Assembly: GCA_003522945.1 (NCBI GenBank)
Contig: DPHR01000168.1
Coordinates: 1,224-61,263, forward strand
Origin: Clostridiales bacterium
GTDB lineage: Bacteria; Bacillota; Clostridia; Oscillospirales; Oscillospiraceae
Reading direction: 5' to 3'
Length of the DNA: 60,040 bases
The number at the start of each line of letters is the position of its first letter. Positions within the stretch are counted from its first letter, which is position 1. Below the pieces are notes generated by a model that saw nothing but the letters and a program-made list of their open reading frames with translations, did not search any database and was not told the origin of the DNA. Below are positions 10,726-24,078 of this stretch, piece by piece. The position numbers were made by a program, and so were the translations under genes.

Positions 10726-11318
10726 AGCTGGTTTTGGCATCCGACAATAAGAACAAGCTGCGGGAGTTCCGCACGCTTTTTGAAAACTTCGGCGTAGAGC
10801 TTATAAGCAAAGCGGAATCCGGCTTTACGGAAGAGGTCGAGGAGACCGGCGAAACGTTTGCGGAAAACGCCCGCATCAAGGCCGAAGCCGTCATGCGCGC
10901 CACGGGGCTTGCCGCCATCGCGGACGATTCCGGCCTCTGTGTGGACGCGCTCGGCGGCGCGCCGGGCGTGCATTCCGCGCGCTATACCGGAAATCATGAC
11001 GATTCCGACGCCGACCGCTATAACCTCCTGCTTCGGAATCTCGGCGGGAGAGACGACCGCGCGGCGCGGTTTGTCTGCTCGCTCTGCTGTGCTTTTCCGA
11101 ACGGCGACATACTTACCGCTGAGGGAACGTGCGAGGGGACGATCCTTTCTGCGCCCCGCGGCGAGAACGGCTTCGGCTATGATCCGGTTTTCCGCCCGGA
11201 CGGATTTGACCGTTCCATGGCGGAGCTGACGATGGAGGAAAAAAACGCGATTTCCCACCGGGGAAAAGCGCTGGCGCAATTCAGACAGAAATGGGAGAAA
11301 TACTATGATCACCAGTAA
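10722..11318 (+). CDS. rdgB: XTP/dITP diphosphatase (RdgB/Ham1 family)
   Basis: [18 protein letters not shown] and [11 protein letters not shown] motifs; ATGA overlap with the ftsY stop. Confidence 0.9.
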   Translation: MKLVLASDNKNKLREFRTLFENFGVELISKAESGFTEEVEETGETFAENARIKAEAVMRATGLAAIADDSGLCVDALGGAPGVHSARYTGNHDDSDADRYNLLLRNLGGRDDRAARFVCSLCCAFPNGDILTAEGTCEGTILSAPRGENGFGYDPVFRPDGFDRSMAELTMEEKNAISHRGKALAQFRQKWEKYYDHQ

Positions 11319-11616
11319 ACAGAGAGCGCAGCTGCGCGGCATGGCGGCAGCGCTGAATACCGAGCTGCAGATCGGCAAGAGCGGCATCACCGAAAACGTT
11401 GTCCGTCAGGCGGAGGAAGCGCTCGCCGCCCGCGAGCTTATCAAGGGCCGTGTGCTCGATAATTCACTCCTCTCCGCGCGCGAGGCGTGCGATGCGCTGT
11501 GTGAGGCGTGCGGCGCCGACGGCGTGCAGGTCATCGGCAGCAAATTTGTTCTTTTCAAACAGAACGAAAAGGACCCCAAGATCGTCCTAATAAACGATCG
11601 CAAAGGAAAGAAGTAA
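11305..11616 (+). CDS. yhbY: YhbY/CRM-domain RNA-binding protein
   Basis: 103 aa with a [12 protein letters not shown] motif; sits directly upstream of nadD as yqeI does in Bacillus. Confidence 0.85.
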   Translation: MITSKQRAQLRGMAAALNTELQIGKSGITENVVRQAEEALAARELIKGRVLDNSLLSAREACDALCEACGADGVQVIGSKFVLFKQNEKDPKIVLINDRKGKK

Positions 11617-11621
11617 CATCT

Positions 11622-12776
11622 ATGCGTCTTTTGATCTACGGCGGGACGTTCAATCCGCCGCATCTCGGCCACATTGACGCGCTCTCCTGCGCTGCGGCGT
11701 CTCTCAGCGCGGATCGATGCATTGTCGTCCCGGCAGGCATCCCGCCGCACAAGGCGCTTGCGGAGGGCAGCCCGACGGCGGAGGAACGGCTCCGGCTGTG
11801 CGAGCTGGCGTTTCCGGACGCGGACGTCACGCCCATGGAGCTGCGGCGCGAAGGGAAGAGCTACACCGTGGATACACTGCGGGAGATATCCCGCGGCAAC
11901 CCGGGGGCGGAGCTATATTTTCTCGTCGGAACGGACATGCTTCTCTATATGGAGCAGTGGCATGAGTTTCGCGCTCTCTTTTCGCTCTGCACGCTCGCGG
12001 CGCTTCCTCGTGCCGACGGTGATCTGGCGGAGATCGAACGGTATGCGGCGTATCTGCGCAAAACGTACGGCGCGCGGATCGAAATCATAGCGAAAACGCC
12101 TCTGCCGATGGATTCTACGGCGCTTCGCGCGGCACTGCCGCAGCGCGGCGGTACGGAACGGCTCTGCGACGCCGTGTATTCCGAGATCATCCGCTGCCGG
12201 CTGTACGGTGCCAAACCGGATCTTGCATGGCTGCGGGGAAAGACGGACGCTTACCTCAAACCCACGCGCATACCGCATGTGCGCGGCTGCGAGGAGACGG
12301 CGGCGCGGCTGGCGCTGCGCTGGGGCGAAGACCCGGAGGATGCCGCCGAGGCGGGCATTTTGCACGACATTACCAAAAGGCTGGCGGACGACGAGCAGTT
12401 GCGTCTGGCGGAAAAATATGGTATTGTGTTGAATGCTGCCGATCTCGCCGCGCCAAAAACGCTGCATGCCCTTACCGGTGCATGGTTCGCCCGCGAGCAT
12501 TTCGGCGTGCCGGACAACATTTTTTCTGCGATCGAATGGCACACCACGGGCCGTGCCGGAATGGCAGCACTCGAGAAAATCGTCTACCTTGCGGATTTTA
12601 TCGAGCCGACACGCGACTTTCCCGGTGTACAGGATGTCCGAACGCTTGCTTTTGCAGATCTGAACGCCGCCATGATCCGGGCGCTGCAAATGAGTATGGA
12701 CGAGGTCAAACGCCGCGGCGCTTCGCCGCATCCAAGGTCGGCGGAGGCTCTCCGCTGGCTACAAACACAGAATTGA
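11622..12776 (+). CDS. nadD: fused nicotinate-nucleotide adenylyltransferase (NadD) / YqeK HD-domain hydrolase
   Basis: ATG 11622 (MRLLIYGGTFNPPHLGH, an HxGH nucleotidyltransferase motif). The reading frame is continuous into an HD domain (AGILHDITK, EWHTTGR). 384 aa, roughly the sum of the two usual proteins. The track ORF start at 11508 lies inside yhbY and was rejected. Confidence 0.88.
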   Translation: MRLLIYGGTFNPPHLGHIDALSCAAASLSADRCIVVPAGIPPHKALAEGSPTAEERLRLCELAFPDADVTPMELRREGKSYTVDTLREISRGNPGAELYFLVGTDMLLYMEQWHEFRALFSLCTLAALPRADGDLAEIERYAAYLRKTYGARIEIIAKTPLPMDSTALRAALPQRGGTERLCDAVYSEIIRCRLYGAKPDLAWLRGKTDAYLKPTRIPHVRGCEETAARLALRWGEDPEDAAEAGILHDITKRLADDEQLRLAEKYGIVLNAADLAAPKTLHALTGAWFAREHFGVPDNIFSAIEWHTTGRAGMAALEKIVYLADFIEPTRDFPGVQDVRTLAFADLNAAMIRALQMSMDEVKRRGASPHPRSAEALRWLQTQN

Positions 12777-12786
12777 GAAGAATGCT

Positions 12787-14037
12787 ATGAGTAATTTTTC
12801 CCACAAAGGCGGCGCTCACGAAAACGCCGCAAAAAAGAAAGAGACAAAAGAGGAGAGCTTCGCCCATCGCATGGAAACACTCTCCGGGGAAACGGACGGC
12901 AGAAAAAAACCGTCCAAAAAGCAGAAAACCCGCACGCTCACCGTGGTGCTCATCGTGATCGCCGGTGTGCTTGCGCTTCTTCTGCTGCTGCTCCTTGCTT
13001 ACAGCATCTGGTCCACGGCGCCCGAGACCGACGATTCCGGTCTGAAGACGCAGACGACGGCGACGCCGGATATGCCCACAGCGTCCGCCACGCCTGCCGG
13101 AGCGACGGCGCAGCCAAGCGCAACGCCTACGGCATCTCCGACGCCGAAGCCGACGGATGAGCCCGCCGGACGAAAGGACAACGTTTACACGCTCCTCGTC
13201 GTCGGCCGCGACCGCGTCGGTCTGAACACCGATACCATCATGGTCGCGCGCTTTGACTGCAACGACCATACGGCCAACATCGTGAGTATTCCCCGCGATA
13301 CGCTCGTCAACGTCCCCTGGGCGGTGAAAAAGGCCAATTCTGTTTACGGCAGCGCCGGTATCGACGGGCTCGTCACGGAGATCGAGGATCTTGTCGGCTT
13401 CGGGATCGACAGCTATGCTGTCGTGAACACTTATGTGTTCCAGCAGATCATCGACTGCATCGGCGGCGTATATTTCGATGTCCCGATCTATATGTACTAC
13501 GACGACCCCGAACAGGATCTTCATATCTCGCTCGCGCCCGGCTACCAGCTTCTGAACGGGTATCAGTGCGAGCAGGTCGTGCGCTTCCGCCAGAACAACG
13601 ACGGCACCGGCTATCCGAACGGTGATCTTGGCCGTATCGAAACGCAGCACGCCTTCTTTGCGGCACTGGCCAGACAGGTGCTCCAGCTCGGAAACATCTC
13701 CAACCTGCCGCAGATCATCAGTCTCGTTATCGACAACACCGACACGAACCTTTCGAGCGGCAACATCGCGTTCTATGCGCAGGAGTTCCTGAAAATGGGC
13801 ATGGACGATATCAGCTTCTACACGCTTCCGTACGATACCGTCTATATTCGCGGCGGCTCGTATGTCAGCATCCAGCTCGAGGCGTGGCTCGATATGATAA
13901 ACACCTATCTCAACCCGTTCAACATGGATGTCACCGCAGCGAATCTGGATGTGCTCTGCTTTGACGGGGCAAACTTCAGCTCCACGACCGGCAACATTCC
14001 GGACATTTACAGCTTCTACGACTACTTCGCCGGCTGA
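12787..14037 (+). CDS. LytR-CpsA-Psr (LCP) family cell-wall polymer transferase
   Basis: N-terminal TM helix, T/P/A-rich linker, and LCP core LLVVGRDRVGLNTDTIMVARF...SIPRDT. Confidence 0.85.
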   Translation: MSNFSHKGGAHENAAKKKETKEESFAHRMETLSGETDGRKKPSKKQKTRTLTVVLIVIAGVLALLLLLLLAYSIWSTAPETDDSGLKTQTTATPDMPTASATPAGATAQPSATPTASPTPKPTDEPAGRKDNVYTLLVVGRDRVGLNTDTIMVARFDCNDHTANIVSIPRDTLVNVPWAVKKANSVYGSAGIDGLVTEIEDLVGFGIDSYAVVNTYVFQQIIDCIGGVYFDVPIYMYYDDPEQDLHISLAPGYQLLNGYQCEQVVRFRQNNDGTGYPNGDLGRIETQHAFFAALARQVLQLGNISNLPQIISLVIDNTDTNLSSGNIAFYAQEFLKMGMDDISFYTLPYDTVYIRGGSYVSIQLEAWLDMINTYLNPFNMDVTAANLDVLCFDGANFSSTTGNIPDIYSFYDYFAG

Positions 14038-14066
14038 CGCCCGGCGCATACAACAAAAGAGAAAGG

Positions 14067-14429
14067 ATGCGGCATATGCTCACTTCCAAGGAAATCGCTC
14101 ATCTCGCGGTAAAAGCGCTGGACGACAAGCTCGCCCGCGATATTCAGATCTTAAAAACCGATAAGGTAACGGTGCTGGCCGATTACTTCATTCTCTGCAC
14201 CGCCGGCAACTCCACGCACGGGAAGACGCTGGCCGACGAAGTGGACAAAGTCCTCTCGCAGGCCGGGGAGCAGCCGCTGCGCCGCGAGGGCTACCGCTCC
14301 GGCGGCTGGACGCTGCTGGACTTCGGCTGCGTCGTCGTTCACATTTTCTCCGAGGAAATGCGCTCGTTCTACTCGCTCGACCGCCTGTGGTCCGATGCGG
14401 AAAAGATCGACTATAAAGACTTCCTTTAA
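14067..14429 (+). CDS. rsfS: ribosome silencing factor RsfS
   Basis: DYFILCTAGNSTH and LLDFGCVVVHIF motifs; the start may be the ATG at 14076. Confidence 0.9.
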   Translation: MRHMLTSKEIAHLAVKALDDKLARDIQILKTDKVTVLADYFILCTAGNSTHGKTLADEVDKVLSQAGEQPLRREGYRSGGWTLLDFGCVVVHIFSEEMRSFYSLDRLWSDAEKIDYKDFL

Positions 14430-14458
14430 ATAAATGAGAGAGCAGGGGACATACCGTC

Positions 14459-16873
14459 ATGGAGTACAATTACGCAGAAATTGAAAAGAAATGGCAGAAA
14501 TACTGGGTCGAGCATAAGAGCGGCCGCGCCGTCACCGGCTCGGACAAGCCGAAGTTTTACGGCCTGATCGAGTTCCCGTATCCGTCCGGACAGGGACTGC
14601 ATGTCGGCCATACGCGTCCGTTCACGGCGATGGATGTCATCTGCCGCCGCAAGCGGATGCAGGGCTACAACGTTCTTTTCCCCATCGGCTATGACGCCTT
14701 CGGCCTGCCGACGGAGAACTATGCCATCAAGAACCATGTGCATCCGTCCATTGTGACAAAGCAGAACATTGCCAACTTTGAAAAGCAGCTCCACATGCTC
14801 GGCTACTCGTTCGACTGGGACCGTGTCGTGGATACGACCGACCCGGAGTATTACAAGTGGACGCAGTGGATATTCCTGCGGATGTATAAAAAGGGTCTTG
14901 CGTACAAGGCCTCCATGCCGGTCAACTGGTGCACAAGCTGCAAGTGCGTGCTTGCGAACGAGGAAGTTGTGGACGGCGTGTGCGAGCGCTGCGGCAGCCC
15001 GGTCGTCCGCCGCGAGAAGAGCCAGTGGATGCTCGCCATCACAAAATACGCCGACCGCCTGATCGACGATCTGGACGATGTGGACTTCATCCCCCGCGTA
15101 AAGACCCAGCAGCGCAACTGGATCGGCCGCAGCGAGGGCGCGGAGCTCACCTTCGGTACGACGCTCGGCGACTCTCTCACCGTTTACACCACCCGCTGCG
15201 ATACACTCTTCGGCGTGACGTATATGGTCCTCTCTCCGGAGCACCCGATCCTCGACACATGGAAGGACAAGCTCACGAATTGGGACGCCGTGGCGGCCTA
15301 CCGCGAGGAAGCCGCGCACAAGTCCGATTTTGAGCGCAGCGAGCTCAACAAGGACAAGACCGGCGTGCGGCTGGAAGGCGTCTGTGCCGTTAACCCCGCA
15401 ACGAAGGAAGAGATCCCCATCTTTGTCTCGGACTACGTTCTTATGAGCTATGGCACCGGCGCTGTTATGGGCGTTCCGGGCCACGACCAGCGCGACTGGG
15501 AGTTTGCCACGAAGTTCGGTCTGCCGATCATTGAAGTCGTGCAGGGCGGCGATATTACGAAGGAAGCATTTACGCTCAAGGACGACACCGGCATCATGGT
15601 GAACTCCGGCTTCCTGAACGGCATGACCGTGAAGGACGCTATTCCCGCCATGAAGAAGTGGGTGACGGACGAGGGCATCGGTCATCCCAAGACAAACTTC
15701 AAGCTGCGTGACTGGGTATTCTCCCGCCAGCGCTACTGGGGCGAGCCCATCCCGATGGTAAAGTGCCCGACGTGCGGCTGGGTACCGCTGCCGGAGGATC
15801 AGCTTCCGCTCCTGCTCCCGCAGGTCGAGAGCTACGAGCCGACGGACGACGGTGAATCGCCCATCTCCAAGATCACCGACTGGGTCAACACGACCTGCCC
15901 GAAGTGCGGCGGCGCGGCCCAGCGCGAGACCGACACCATGCCGCAGTGGGCGGGCTCCTCGTGGTATTTCCTGCGCTATATGGATCCCCACAATAAAGAG
16001 GCTTTCGCAAGTCCGGAAGCTCTCAAATACTGGTCTCCCGTGGACTGGTACAACGGCGGCATGGAGCACACGACGCTCCATCTCCTGTACTCCCGCTTCT
16101 GGCACAAGTTCCTCTACGACGAGGGCCTTGTCCCGACGAAGGAGCCGTACGCCAAGCGCACGAGCCACGGCATGATCCTCGGCGAGGGCGGCGAAAAGAT
16201 GTCCAAGTCCCGCGGCAACGTCGTGAACCCGAACGACATCGTTGAGCAGTACGGCGCGGATACGCTGCGCGTGTACATCATGTTCATCGGTGATTTCACG
16301 AAAGCCGCCGCATGGTCGAGCAACGCTGTGGCTGGCTGCCGCCGCTTCCTTGACCGCGTGTGGAATCTTGCAAGCGAGCCTCTCACCGGCGACGAGATCT
16401 CCCGCGACAACGAGAAGGAGATCCACCGCGCCATCCAGAAGGTGAGCTCTGATATCGACGAGATGAAGTTCAACACTGCCATTGCGCAGCTCATGTCGCT
16501 CGTCAACCAGTTCTACTCCAAGAAACCGACCCGCGGCGATATCCGCGCGCTGCTGCAGCTTCTCTCTCCGTTTGCGCCGCATATCTGCGAAGAGCTTTGG
16601 CAGATCCAGGGCTTTGAGGGCCTTGCGAGCGAGGCCGAGTGGCCGGAGCACGATGAGGCGAAAATGGTCGATACCGAAAAGACCATCGCCGTGCAGATCA
16701 ACGGCAAGCTCCGCAGCACCGTTGTTGTCCCGGCGGACAGCACGGTGGAGGTCGTTTCCGCTGCGGCTCTCGCGGATAAGAAAATCGCAGGTTATATGGA
16801 GGGTATGGAGATTGTCAAGACGATCAACGTCCCCAACAAGCTCCTCAACTTCATCCTCAAACCGAAGAAATAA
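14459..16873 (+). CDS. leuS: leucine--tRNA ligase
   Basis: 804 aa with HVGH (HIGH-class) and KMSKS motifs and a CP1 editing domain. Confidence 0.97.
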   Translation: MEYNYAEIEKKWQKYWVEHKSGRAVTGSDKPKFYGLIEFPYPSGQGLHVGHTRPFTAMDVICRRKRMQGYNVLFPIGYDAFGLPTENYAIKNHVHPSIVTKQNIANFEKQLHMLGYSFDWDRVVDTTDPEYYKWTQWIFLRMYKKGLAYKASMPVNWCTSCKCVLANEEVVDGVCERCGSPVVRREKSQWMLAITKYADRLIDDLDDVDFIPRVKTQQRNWIGRSEGAELTFGTTLGDSLTVYTTRCDTLFGVTYMVLSPEHPILDTWKDKLTNWDAVAAYREEAAHKSDFERSELNKDKTGVRLEGVCAVNPATKEEIPIFVSDYVLMSYGTGAVMGVPGHDQRDWEFATKFGLPIIEVVQGGDITKEAFTLKDDTGIMVNSGFLNGMTVKDAIPAMKKWVTDEGIGHPKTNFKLRDWVFSRQRYWGEPIPMVKCPTCGWVPLPEDQLPLLLPQVESYEPTDDGESPISKITDWVNTTCPKCGGAAQRETDTMPQWAGSSWYFLRYMDPHNKEAFASPEALKYWSPVDWYNGGMEHTTLHLLYSRFWHKFLYDEGLVPTKEPYAKRTSHGMILGEGGEKMSKSRGNVVNPNDIVEQYGADTLRVYIMFIGDFTKAAAWSSNAVAGCRRFLDRVWNLASEPLTGDEISRDNEKEIHRAIQKVSSDIDEMKFNTAIAQLMSLVNQFYSKKPTRGDIRALLQLLSPFAPHICEELWQIQGFEGLASEAEWPEHDEAKMVDTEKTIAVQINGKLRSTVVVPADSTVEVVSAAALADKKIAGYMEGMEIVKTINVPNKLLNFILKPKK

Positions 16874-16878
16874 TTTTA

Positions 16879-16920
16879 AAAGCAATGCGCCCGAAGTTTT
16901 TTCGGGCGCATTGCTTTTTG
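16879..16920 (+). terminator. rho-independent terminator after leuS
   Basis: 15-bp stem AGCAATGCGCCCGAA/TTCGGGCGCATTGCT followed by TTTTT. Confidence 0.8.
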
Positions 16921-16980
16921 TAATAAATCCGGAATAATACGGCATACTAACGGCGGATTTCTTGTTTAGGAGGATTTCGC

Positions 16981-17259
16981 ATGAAAAAGTGGATCGTATA
17001 CATTCTTTCGCTCACGGCGCTGGTTATTTCGCTCTGCGCGTGCGGCACGGCGGATAAACCTGCGGCGACGAACGCGCCGAGGCCGTCGGGTACCCCGATG
17101 ACTGCGACGCCGGACATGAACGACGGGATCGTAAACGACGATGACGGCATCATCACCGACGACGATACCGGCGTTGTGCCCACGCAGACGCCAATGGCGG
17201 ACACGTCGGCCAAACCGTCCGCCTCTGCGCAGGCGACGGATGGCGCAGCAAAAAAGTGA
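16981..17259 (+). CDS. small acidic putative lipoprotein
   Basis: MKKWIVYILSLTALVISLCACG signal peptide and lipobox-like Cys, then a P/T/D-rich tail; AGGAGG RBS upstream; no family recognised. Confidence 0.6.
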   Translation: MKKWIVYILSLTALVISLCACGTADKPAATNAPRPSGTPMTATPDMNDGIVNDDDGIITDDDTGVVPTQTPMADTSAKPSASAQATDGAAKK

Positions 17260-17261
17260 AA

Positions 17262-17303
17262 AACCCCCCGCCGGGTCCGAAATGGACCGGCGGGGCGTTT
17301 TGT
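17262..17303. terminator. hairpin terminator shared by the lipoprotein gene (+) and RNase P RNA (-)
   Basis: CCCCGCCGGTCC/GGACCGGCGGGG stem flanked by an A-run on the left and TTTTG on the right; abuts the rnpB 3' end. Confidence 0.7.
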
Positions 17304-17306
17304 AAA

Positions 17307-17649
17307 GCGAGAAAGCCTGTAAGCCGGGTTCTGTCTGCGCAGCCATCTATCTAGACGCACCGTTGCCGATGCGTTCCAGCCGCCTCCTCGGGACGACCGG
17401 GCCGGTCGTATGTCCCTCCACGGCGTTGCTCCGGATAGAGTTTACAGCACCGTTCCGTCTCCGGACGGTGGGTGAGCTCTTACCTCGCCTTTCCACCCTT
17501 ACCTGCCCGAAGGCAGGCGGTATATCTCTGTTGCACTTGTCCTGGGGTCACCCCCGGCGGGCGTTACCCGTTATCCTTGCCCTGTGGAGCCCGGACTTTC
17601 CTCACGCACAGGCTTTCGCCTTATGCCCGCGGCTGCTTGGCTTTCTCGC
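17307..17649 (-). ncRNA. rnpB: RNase P RNA (bacterial type)
   Basis: The minus strand reads GCGAGAAAGCC...GAGGAAAGTCCGGGCTCC...ACAGAACCCGGCTTACAGGCTTTCTCGC. This gives the universally conserved P4 segments and a P1 pairing of the 5' and 3' ends, about 343 nt in total. The track ORFs here (17363..17693) are artefacts. Confidence 0.9.
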
Positions 17650-17655
17650 ATAGGT

Positions 17656-17684
17656 ATTTTACCTGTTCAAAGCGCGCTTGTCAA
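17656..17684 (-). promoter_or_regulatory. sigma-A promoter of rnpB
   Basis: The minus strand reads TTGACA-N17-TAAAAT, placing the predicted +1 at the first G of P1 (17649). Confidence 0.65.
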
Positions 17685-17696
17685 CGGCGATAGGTG

Positions 17697-17725
17697 TTGA
17701 ATTTCTGCCGGAAAGCGAATATAAT
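17697..17725 (+). promoter_or_regulatory. sigma-A promoter of murD
   Basis: TTGAAT-N17-TATAAT, 33 nt upstream of the murD ATG, followed by an AGGAGG RBS. Confidence 0.6.
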
Positions 17726-17758
17726 ATATAAGTTAAAGAAGATATTCAGGAGGCAATT

Positions 17759-19144
17759 ATGACACTCGACTCTTATATACAGTCTCTGCGCGGAAAAAGC
17801 ATTGCGGTAATCGGTCTCGGCGTGAGCAACCGGCCGCTGCTGCGGCTTCTGCTCGATGCGGGGTATACCGTCTCGGTGCGCGATAAACGCACGCGCGAAG
17901 CGTTCGGCGAGGACGAGGCCGCAGCGCTGGAAGCGGCGGGCTGTCGTCTTGTGCTGGGCGATGGGTACCTTGCCGGTATCACCGAGGACGTGATTTTCCG
18001 CACGCCGGGGCTTCACCCCTTTACGCCGGAGCTCGCCGCGGCCAAAGCGCGCGGAGCGCTTCTTACGTCGGAAATGGAAGCCTTCTTTACCGTCTGCCCG
18101 TGCCGCATCATCGCCGTGACCGGCTCGGACGGAAAGACGACGACTACCACCATTATTTCCGAGCTCCTGAAGGCGCAGGGACACCGCGTATTTCTCGGCG
18201 GCAACATCGGCACGCCGCTGCTTGACAAAGCGCCGGAAATGACGAGCACGGACTGGGCGGTGCTCGAGCTCAGCTCTTTCCAGCTCCACAGCATGAACTG
18301 CCGGCCGGATATCGCGGTCGTTACCAACGTTTCGCCGAACCATCTGGACATTCATCCGAGCTATGAGGACTATCAGACCGCCAAAAAGCAGATTTTCCTT
18401 TCGCAGGGCTGTGCCGGCGTCACGGTGCTCAATGCCGACAACGCCATCACACGCGCCTTTGCGAAGGATTGCCCCGGCAAAGTCCGGTTTTTCAGCCGTG
18501 AGACCGCACCGGAAAACGGCGTGTTCCTGCGCGAAGGCGTCATTTACCGGTCTCACAACGGGGAAAAGACCAAGCTCATGGACGCAGAGAGCATCCTGCT
18601 CCCTGGTTTACATAACGTTGAAAACTATATGGCGGCGTTTGCTGCCACCGACGGCATCGTCTCGGACGATACCTGCCGCGCCGTGGCGGAGAGCTTTCGC
18701 GGCGTTGCACACCGGCTCGAAATGATCCGGACGCTGCATGGCGTTACCTACTGCAACGATTCCATTGCATCCAGCCCCACGCGCACGATCGCGGGACTTC
18801 ACGCGCTGCGGCAGAAGCCCATCCTTATTGCGGGCGGGTACGATAAGCATATCCCGTTCGACAAGCTCGGCGACGAAGTCTGCCGCCATGTCAAGGCACT
18901 GTTCCTTACCGGTTTTACCGCGGAGAAAATTTACGATGCCGTGACAAAATCGCCGCTGTATGACCCCAAAACGCTGCCGATCCGGAAGATCGACGATTTC
19001 CGCGAGGCGGTGCTTGCCGCCGCCGCGAGCGCGGAGGAGGGGGATCTCGTGCTGCTTTCTCCGGCCTGCGCGTCGTTTGACCATTTCAAAAACTTTGTGG
19101 AACGCGGCGAAACTTTCCGCTCCATCGTTAACGAACTGAAATAA
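17759..19144 (+). CDS. murD: UDP-N-acetylmuramoyl-L-alanine--D-glutamate ligase
   Basis: Mur ligase P-loop VTGSDGKTTTTTI; 461 aa; overall MurD-like N- and C-terminal domains. Confidence 0.93.
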   Translation: MTLDSYIQSLRGKSIAVIGLGVSNRPLLRLLLDAGYTVSVRDKRTREAFGEDEAAALEAAGCRLVLGDGYLAGITEDVIFRTPGLHPFTPELAAAKARGALLTSEMEAFFTVCPCRIIAVTGSDGKTTTTTIISELLKAQGHRVFLGGNIGTPLLDKAPEMTSTDWAVLELSSFQLHSMNCRPDIAVVTNVSPNHLDIHPSYEDYQTAKKQIFLSQGCAGVTVLNADNAITRAFAKDCPGKVRFFSRETAPENGVFLREGVIYRSHNGEKTKLMDAESILLPGLHNVENYMAAFAATDGIVSDDTCRAVAESFRGVAHRLEMIRTLHGVTYCNDSIASSPTRTIAGLHALRQKPILIAGGYDKHIPFDKLGDEVCRHVKALFLTGFTAEKIYDAVTKSPLYDPKTLPIRKIDDFREAVLAAAASAEEGDLVLLSPACASFDHFKNFVERGETFRSIVNELK

Positions 19145-19157
19145 AGGATATACTGCC

Positions 19158-20390
19158 ATGAATTACGAAGAGCTTTATACACTGGCCGCCCAGGTGGAGG
19201 AACGGCTTCAGCCCGTCTTCCGCGGATTTGAGCGCACGGCGGAGAAGAATACGAAGCGCGTGCTGGATGCCTTCCGCGCGCACCGAGTGTCCGAGCCGTG
19301 CTTTGCCGGAACGACCGGCTATGGCTACGATGATCTCGGACGCGAAACGCTGGAGAAGGTCTATGCCGATGTGTTCGGCGCGGAGGCGGCGCTCGTGCGC
19401 ACCACGTTTGTAAACGGCACGCACGCGATCGCCTGCGCGCTTTACGGCGCTCTCCAGCCGGGCGACACGATCCTTGCCGTTACGGGAGCGCCGTACGATA
19501 CGCTCCACACCGCCATCACCGGCTCCGGCCGCGGCTCGCTCGCCTCGCTCGGCATCCGGTATGAGCAGCTGGAGCTTGCTTCCGACGGCGGGCCGGACTA
19601 TGCCGCGATCACGCAGCGCGCATCGGAGCTGCGCCCGGCAGCGGCGTTCGTTCAGCGCAGCCGCGGATATGCGCCCCGGCGCGCGCTTTCGGTCGCGGAG
19701 ATCGGGGAGATCGTCCGCGCAGTAAAGGCAGGCTGCCCCGATACGGCGGTCATCGTGGATAACTGCTACGGGGAGTTCACCGAGGAATGTGAGCCGACGG
19801 CGCTCGGCGCGGACCTCATCGCCGGATCGCTCATAAAGAACCCCGGCGGCGGACTCGCCCCCATGGGCGGGTATGTTGCCGGCCGCGCCGATCTCGTGGA
19901 GCAGGCGGCGGAACGTCTGACGCTTCCGGGCATCGGCGGCGAGTGCGGCGCTTCGCTCGGCGTGAACCGGACGCTCTTCCAAGGCTTCTTCTTTGCGCCG
20001 CACACCGTATCACAGGCGCTCAAAACGATGGCCTTCGCCGCCGGAATGCTCGAAGAGCTGGGCTTTGAGAGCTTCCCGGCATCCGATGAAAAGCGGTCGG
20101 ACATCATTCAGACCATCCGCCTGAAAACGGCGGACAACCTTGTGAAATTCTGTCAGGGTATCCAGAAGGGCTCGCCCGTGGACAGCTTCGCCCTGCCCGT
20201 CCCGGCGCCGATGCCGGGGTATGAAAGCCCGGTCGTCATGGCGGCGGGAACGTTCATTCAGGGCGCGTCGCTTGAGCTTTCGTGCGACGGCCCGGTGCGC
20301 GAGCCGTATCTCGGCTTTTTGCAGGGCGGGCTTACGTATGAATCCGGTAAGCTCGGCGTGTTGAGCGCCTTGTCTGAAATGCTCGCCTGA
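19158..20390 (+). CDS. aluminium-resistance (YnbB-like) PLP-dependent lyase family protein
   Basis: TTGYGYDDLGRETLEKVYADVFGAEAALVR and GTHAI segments are typical of this family. Confidence 0.82.
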   Translation: MNYEELYTLAAQVEERLQPVFRGFERTAEKNTKRVLDAFRAHRVSEPCFAGTTGYGYDDLGRETLEKVYADVFGAEAALVRTTFVNGTHAIACALYGALQPGDTILAVTGAPYDTLHTAITGSGRGSLASLGIRYEQLELASDGGPDYAAITQRASELRPAAAFVQRSRGYAPRRALSVAEIGEIVRAVKAGCPDTAVIVDNCYGEFTEECEPTALGADLIAGSLIKNPGGGLAPMGGYVAGRADLVEQAAERLTLPGIGGECGASLGVNRTLFQGFFFAPHTVSQALKTMAFAAGMLEELGFESFPASDEKRSDIIQTIRLKTADNLVKFCQGIQKGSPVDSFALPVPAPMPGYESPVVMAAGTFIQGASLELSCDGPVREPYLGFLQGGLTYESGKLGVLSALSEMLA

Positions 20391-20425
20391 CGCATATACT
20401 TTTGGGCATAAGGGGGTGTTCCCGT

Positions 20426-23040
<2,615 letters not shown>

Positions 23041-23076
23041 AACATAACAGCAGCCCCTTTTCATGGAGAGAAAAGT

Positions 23077-23871
23077 ATGAGCACGAGAAAAGAAATGATA
23101 ACCGAGTTCTACGACCGGAGCGACGAGAACGGCCGGCTGGAGAAAAGCAGGCACGGTCAGCTCGAGTACGCGATCACGATGGCCTACATCCACCGCTATT
23201 TGAACCCCGGAGCCAGGGTTTTGGAGGTCGGCGCGGGGACTGGTCGGTATTCCATTGCGTTGGCTAAAGAAGGTTTCGATGTGACCGCGGTGGAATTTGT
23301 TGAAAGCAACCTTGCCGCTCTTAGAGAAAATAGCTGCGGAGTTGATTTGATCCGTTCCTATCAAGGCGATGCTACGGATCTTTGTCTGTTTGACGATGAC
23401 TCCTTTGATATGACCCTTGTTCTCGGCCCCATGTATCATCTGTTTGCTCCGGAAGACGTGAACCGGGCAATTGACGAGGCGATCCGGGTCACGAAGCCGG
23501 GCGGCACGCTCCATTTCGCGTTTCTTTCGATATACGCCCTTATGTACTCCAATGCCCTCTACGGCAGCTGGGCGCCTTATCAGGAAGAAAACTTCACGAA
23601 GGATTTCAAGGTAAGGCACTTTCAGGAACAGCTGTTCACCGGTTACGATGTATGCGAGTTTGAGCGCCTGTTCGATGAAAAACCGGTAGAGCGCGTCACA
23701 ACCGCTGCCATGGACGGTCCGCTGGAGGCGCTGGAGAAACGTCCGGATTTCTTTATTTCGGACGAGAATTTTGACGCGTTTGTTAAGTGGCATCTTGCGT
23801 TTGCCGAAAAGCGGGAGCTTTTGGGCGGGTCCAACCATCTGCTGTATATCTGCCAAAAGACGAAGCGATAA
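23077..23871 (+). CDS. class I SAM-dependent methyltransferase
   Basis: Motif I VLEVGAGTGRYS and a downstream acidic loop; by eye the gene is less GC-rich than its neighbours. Confidence 0.8.
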   Translation: MSTRKEMITEFYDRSDENGRLEKSRHGQLEYAITMAYIHRYLNPGARVLEVGAGTGRYSIALAKEGFDVTAVEFVESNLAALRENSCGVDLIRSYQGDATDLCLFDDDSFDMTLVLGPMYHLFAPEDVNRAIDEAIRVTKPGGTLHFAFLSIYALMYSNALYGSWAPYQEENFTKDFKVRHFQEQLFTGYDVCEFERLFDEKPVERVTTAAMDGPLEALEKRPDFFISDENFDAFVKWHLAFAEKRELLGGSNHLLYICQKTKR

Positions 23872-24078
23872 CGATGCATAACCTCCGCATGAGAACTCAT
23901 GCGGAGGCTTGCCGTCTTTGCTTCAGGCGCAGTTTGTCCTGCTGCTTATTTTAAAACTTTAAGACTCTTCTCATATTTTTCTTATAATTGTTTTGTATAG
24001 TATTATCCGAAAATATTGCTTTTTTCCGCAAAGTCGGATAATCTGAAAGCGACTTTAACCGAGCCTGGGGGACCTCTT

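Noticed and set aside
14430-14458. Looked for a T-box leader upstream of leuS.
   Set aside because: Only 29 nt separate rsfS and leuS, so there is no room for a T-box. leuS appears co-transcribed with rsfS.
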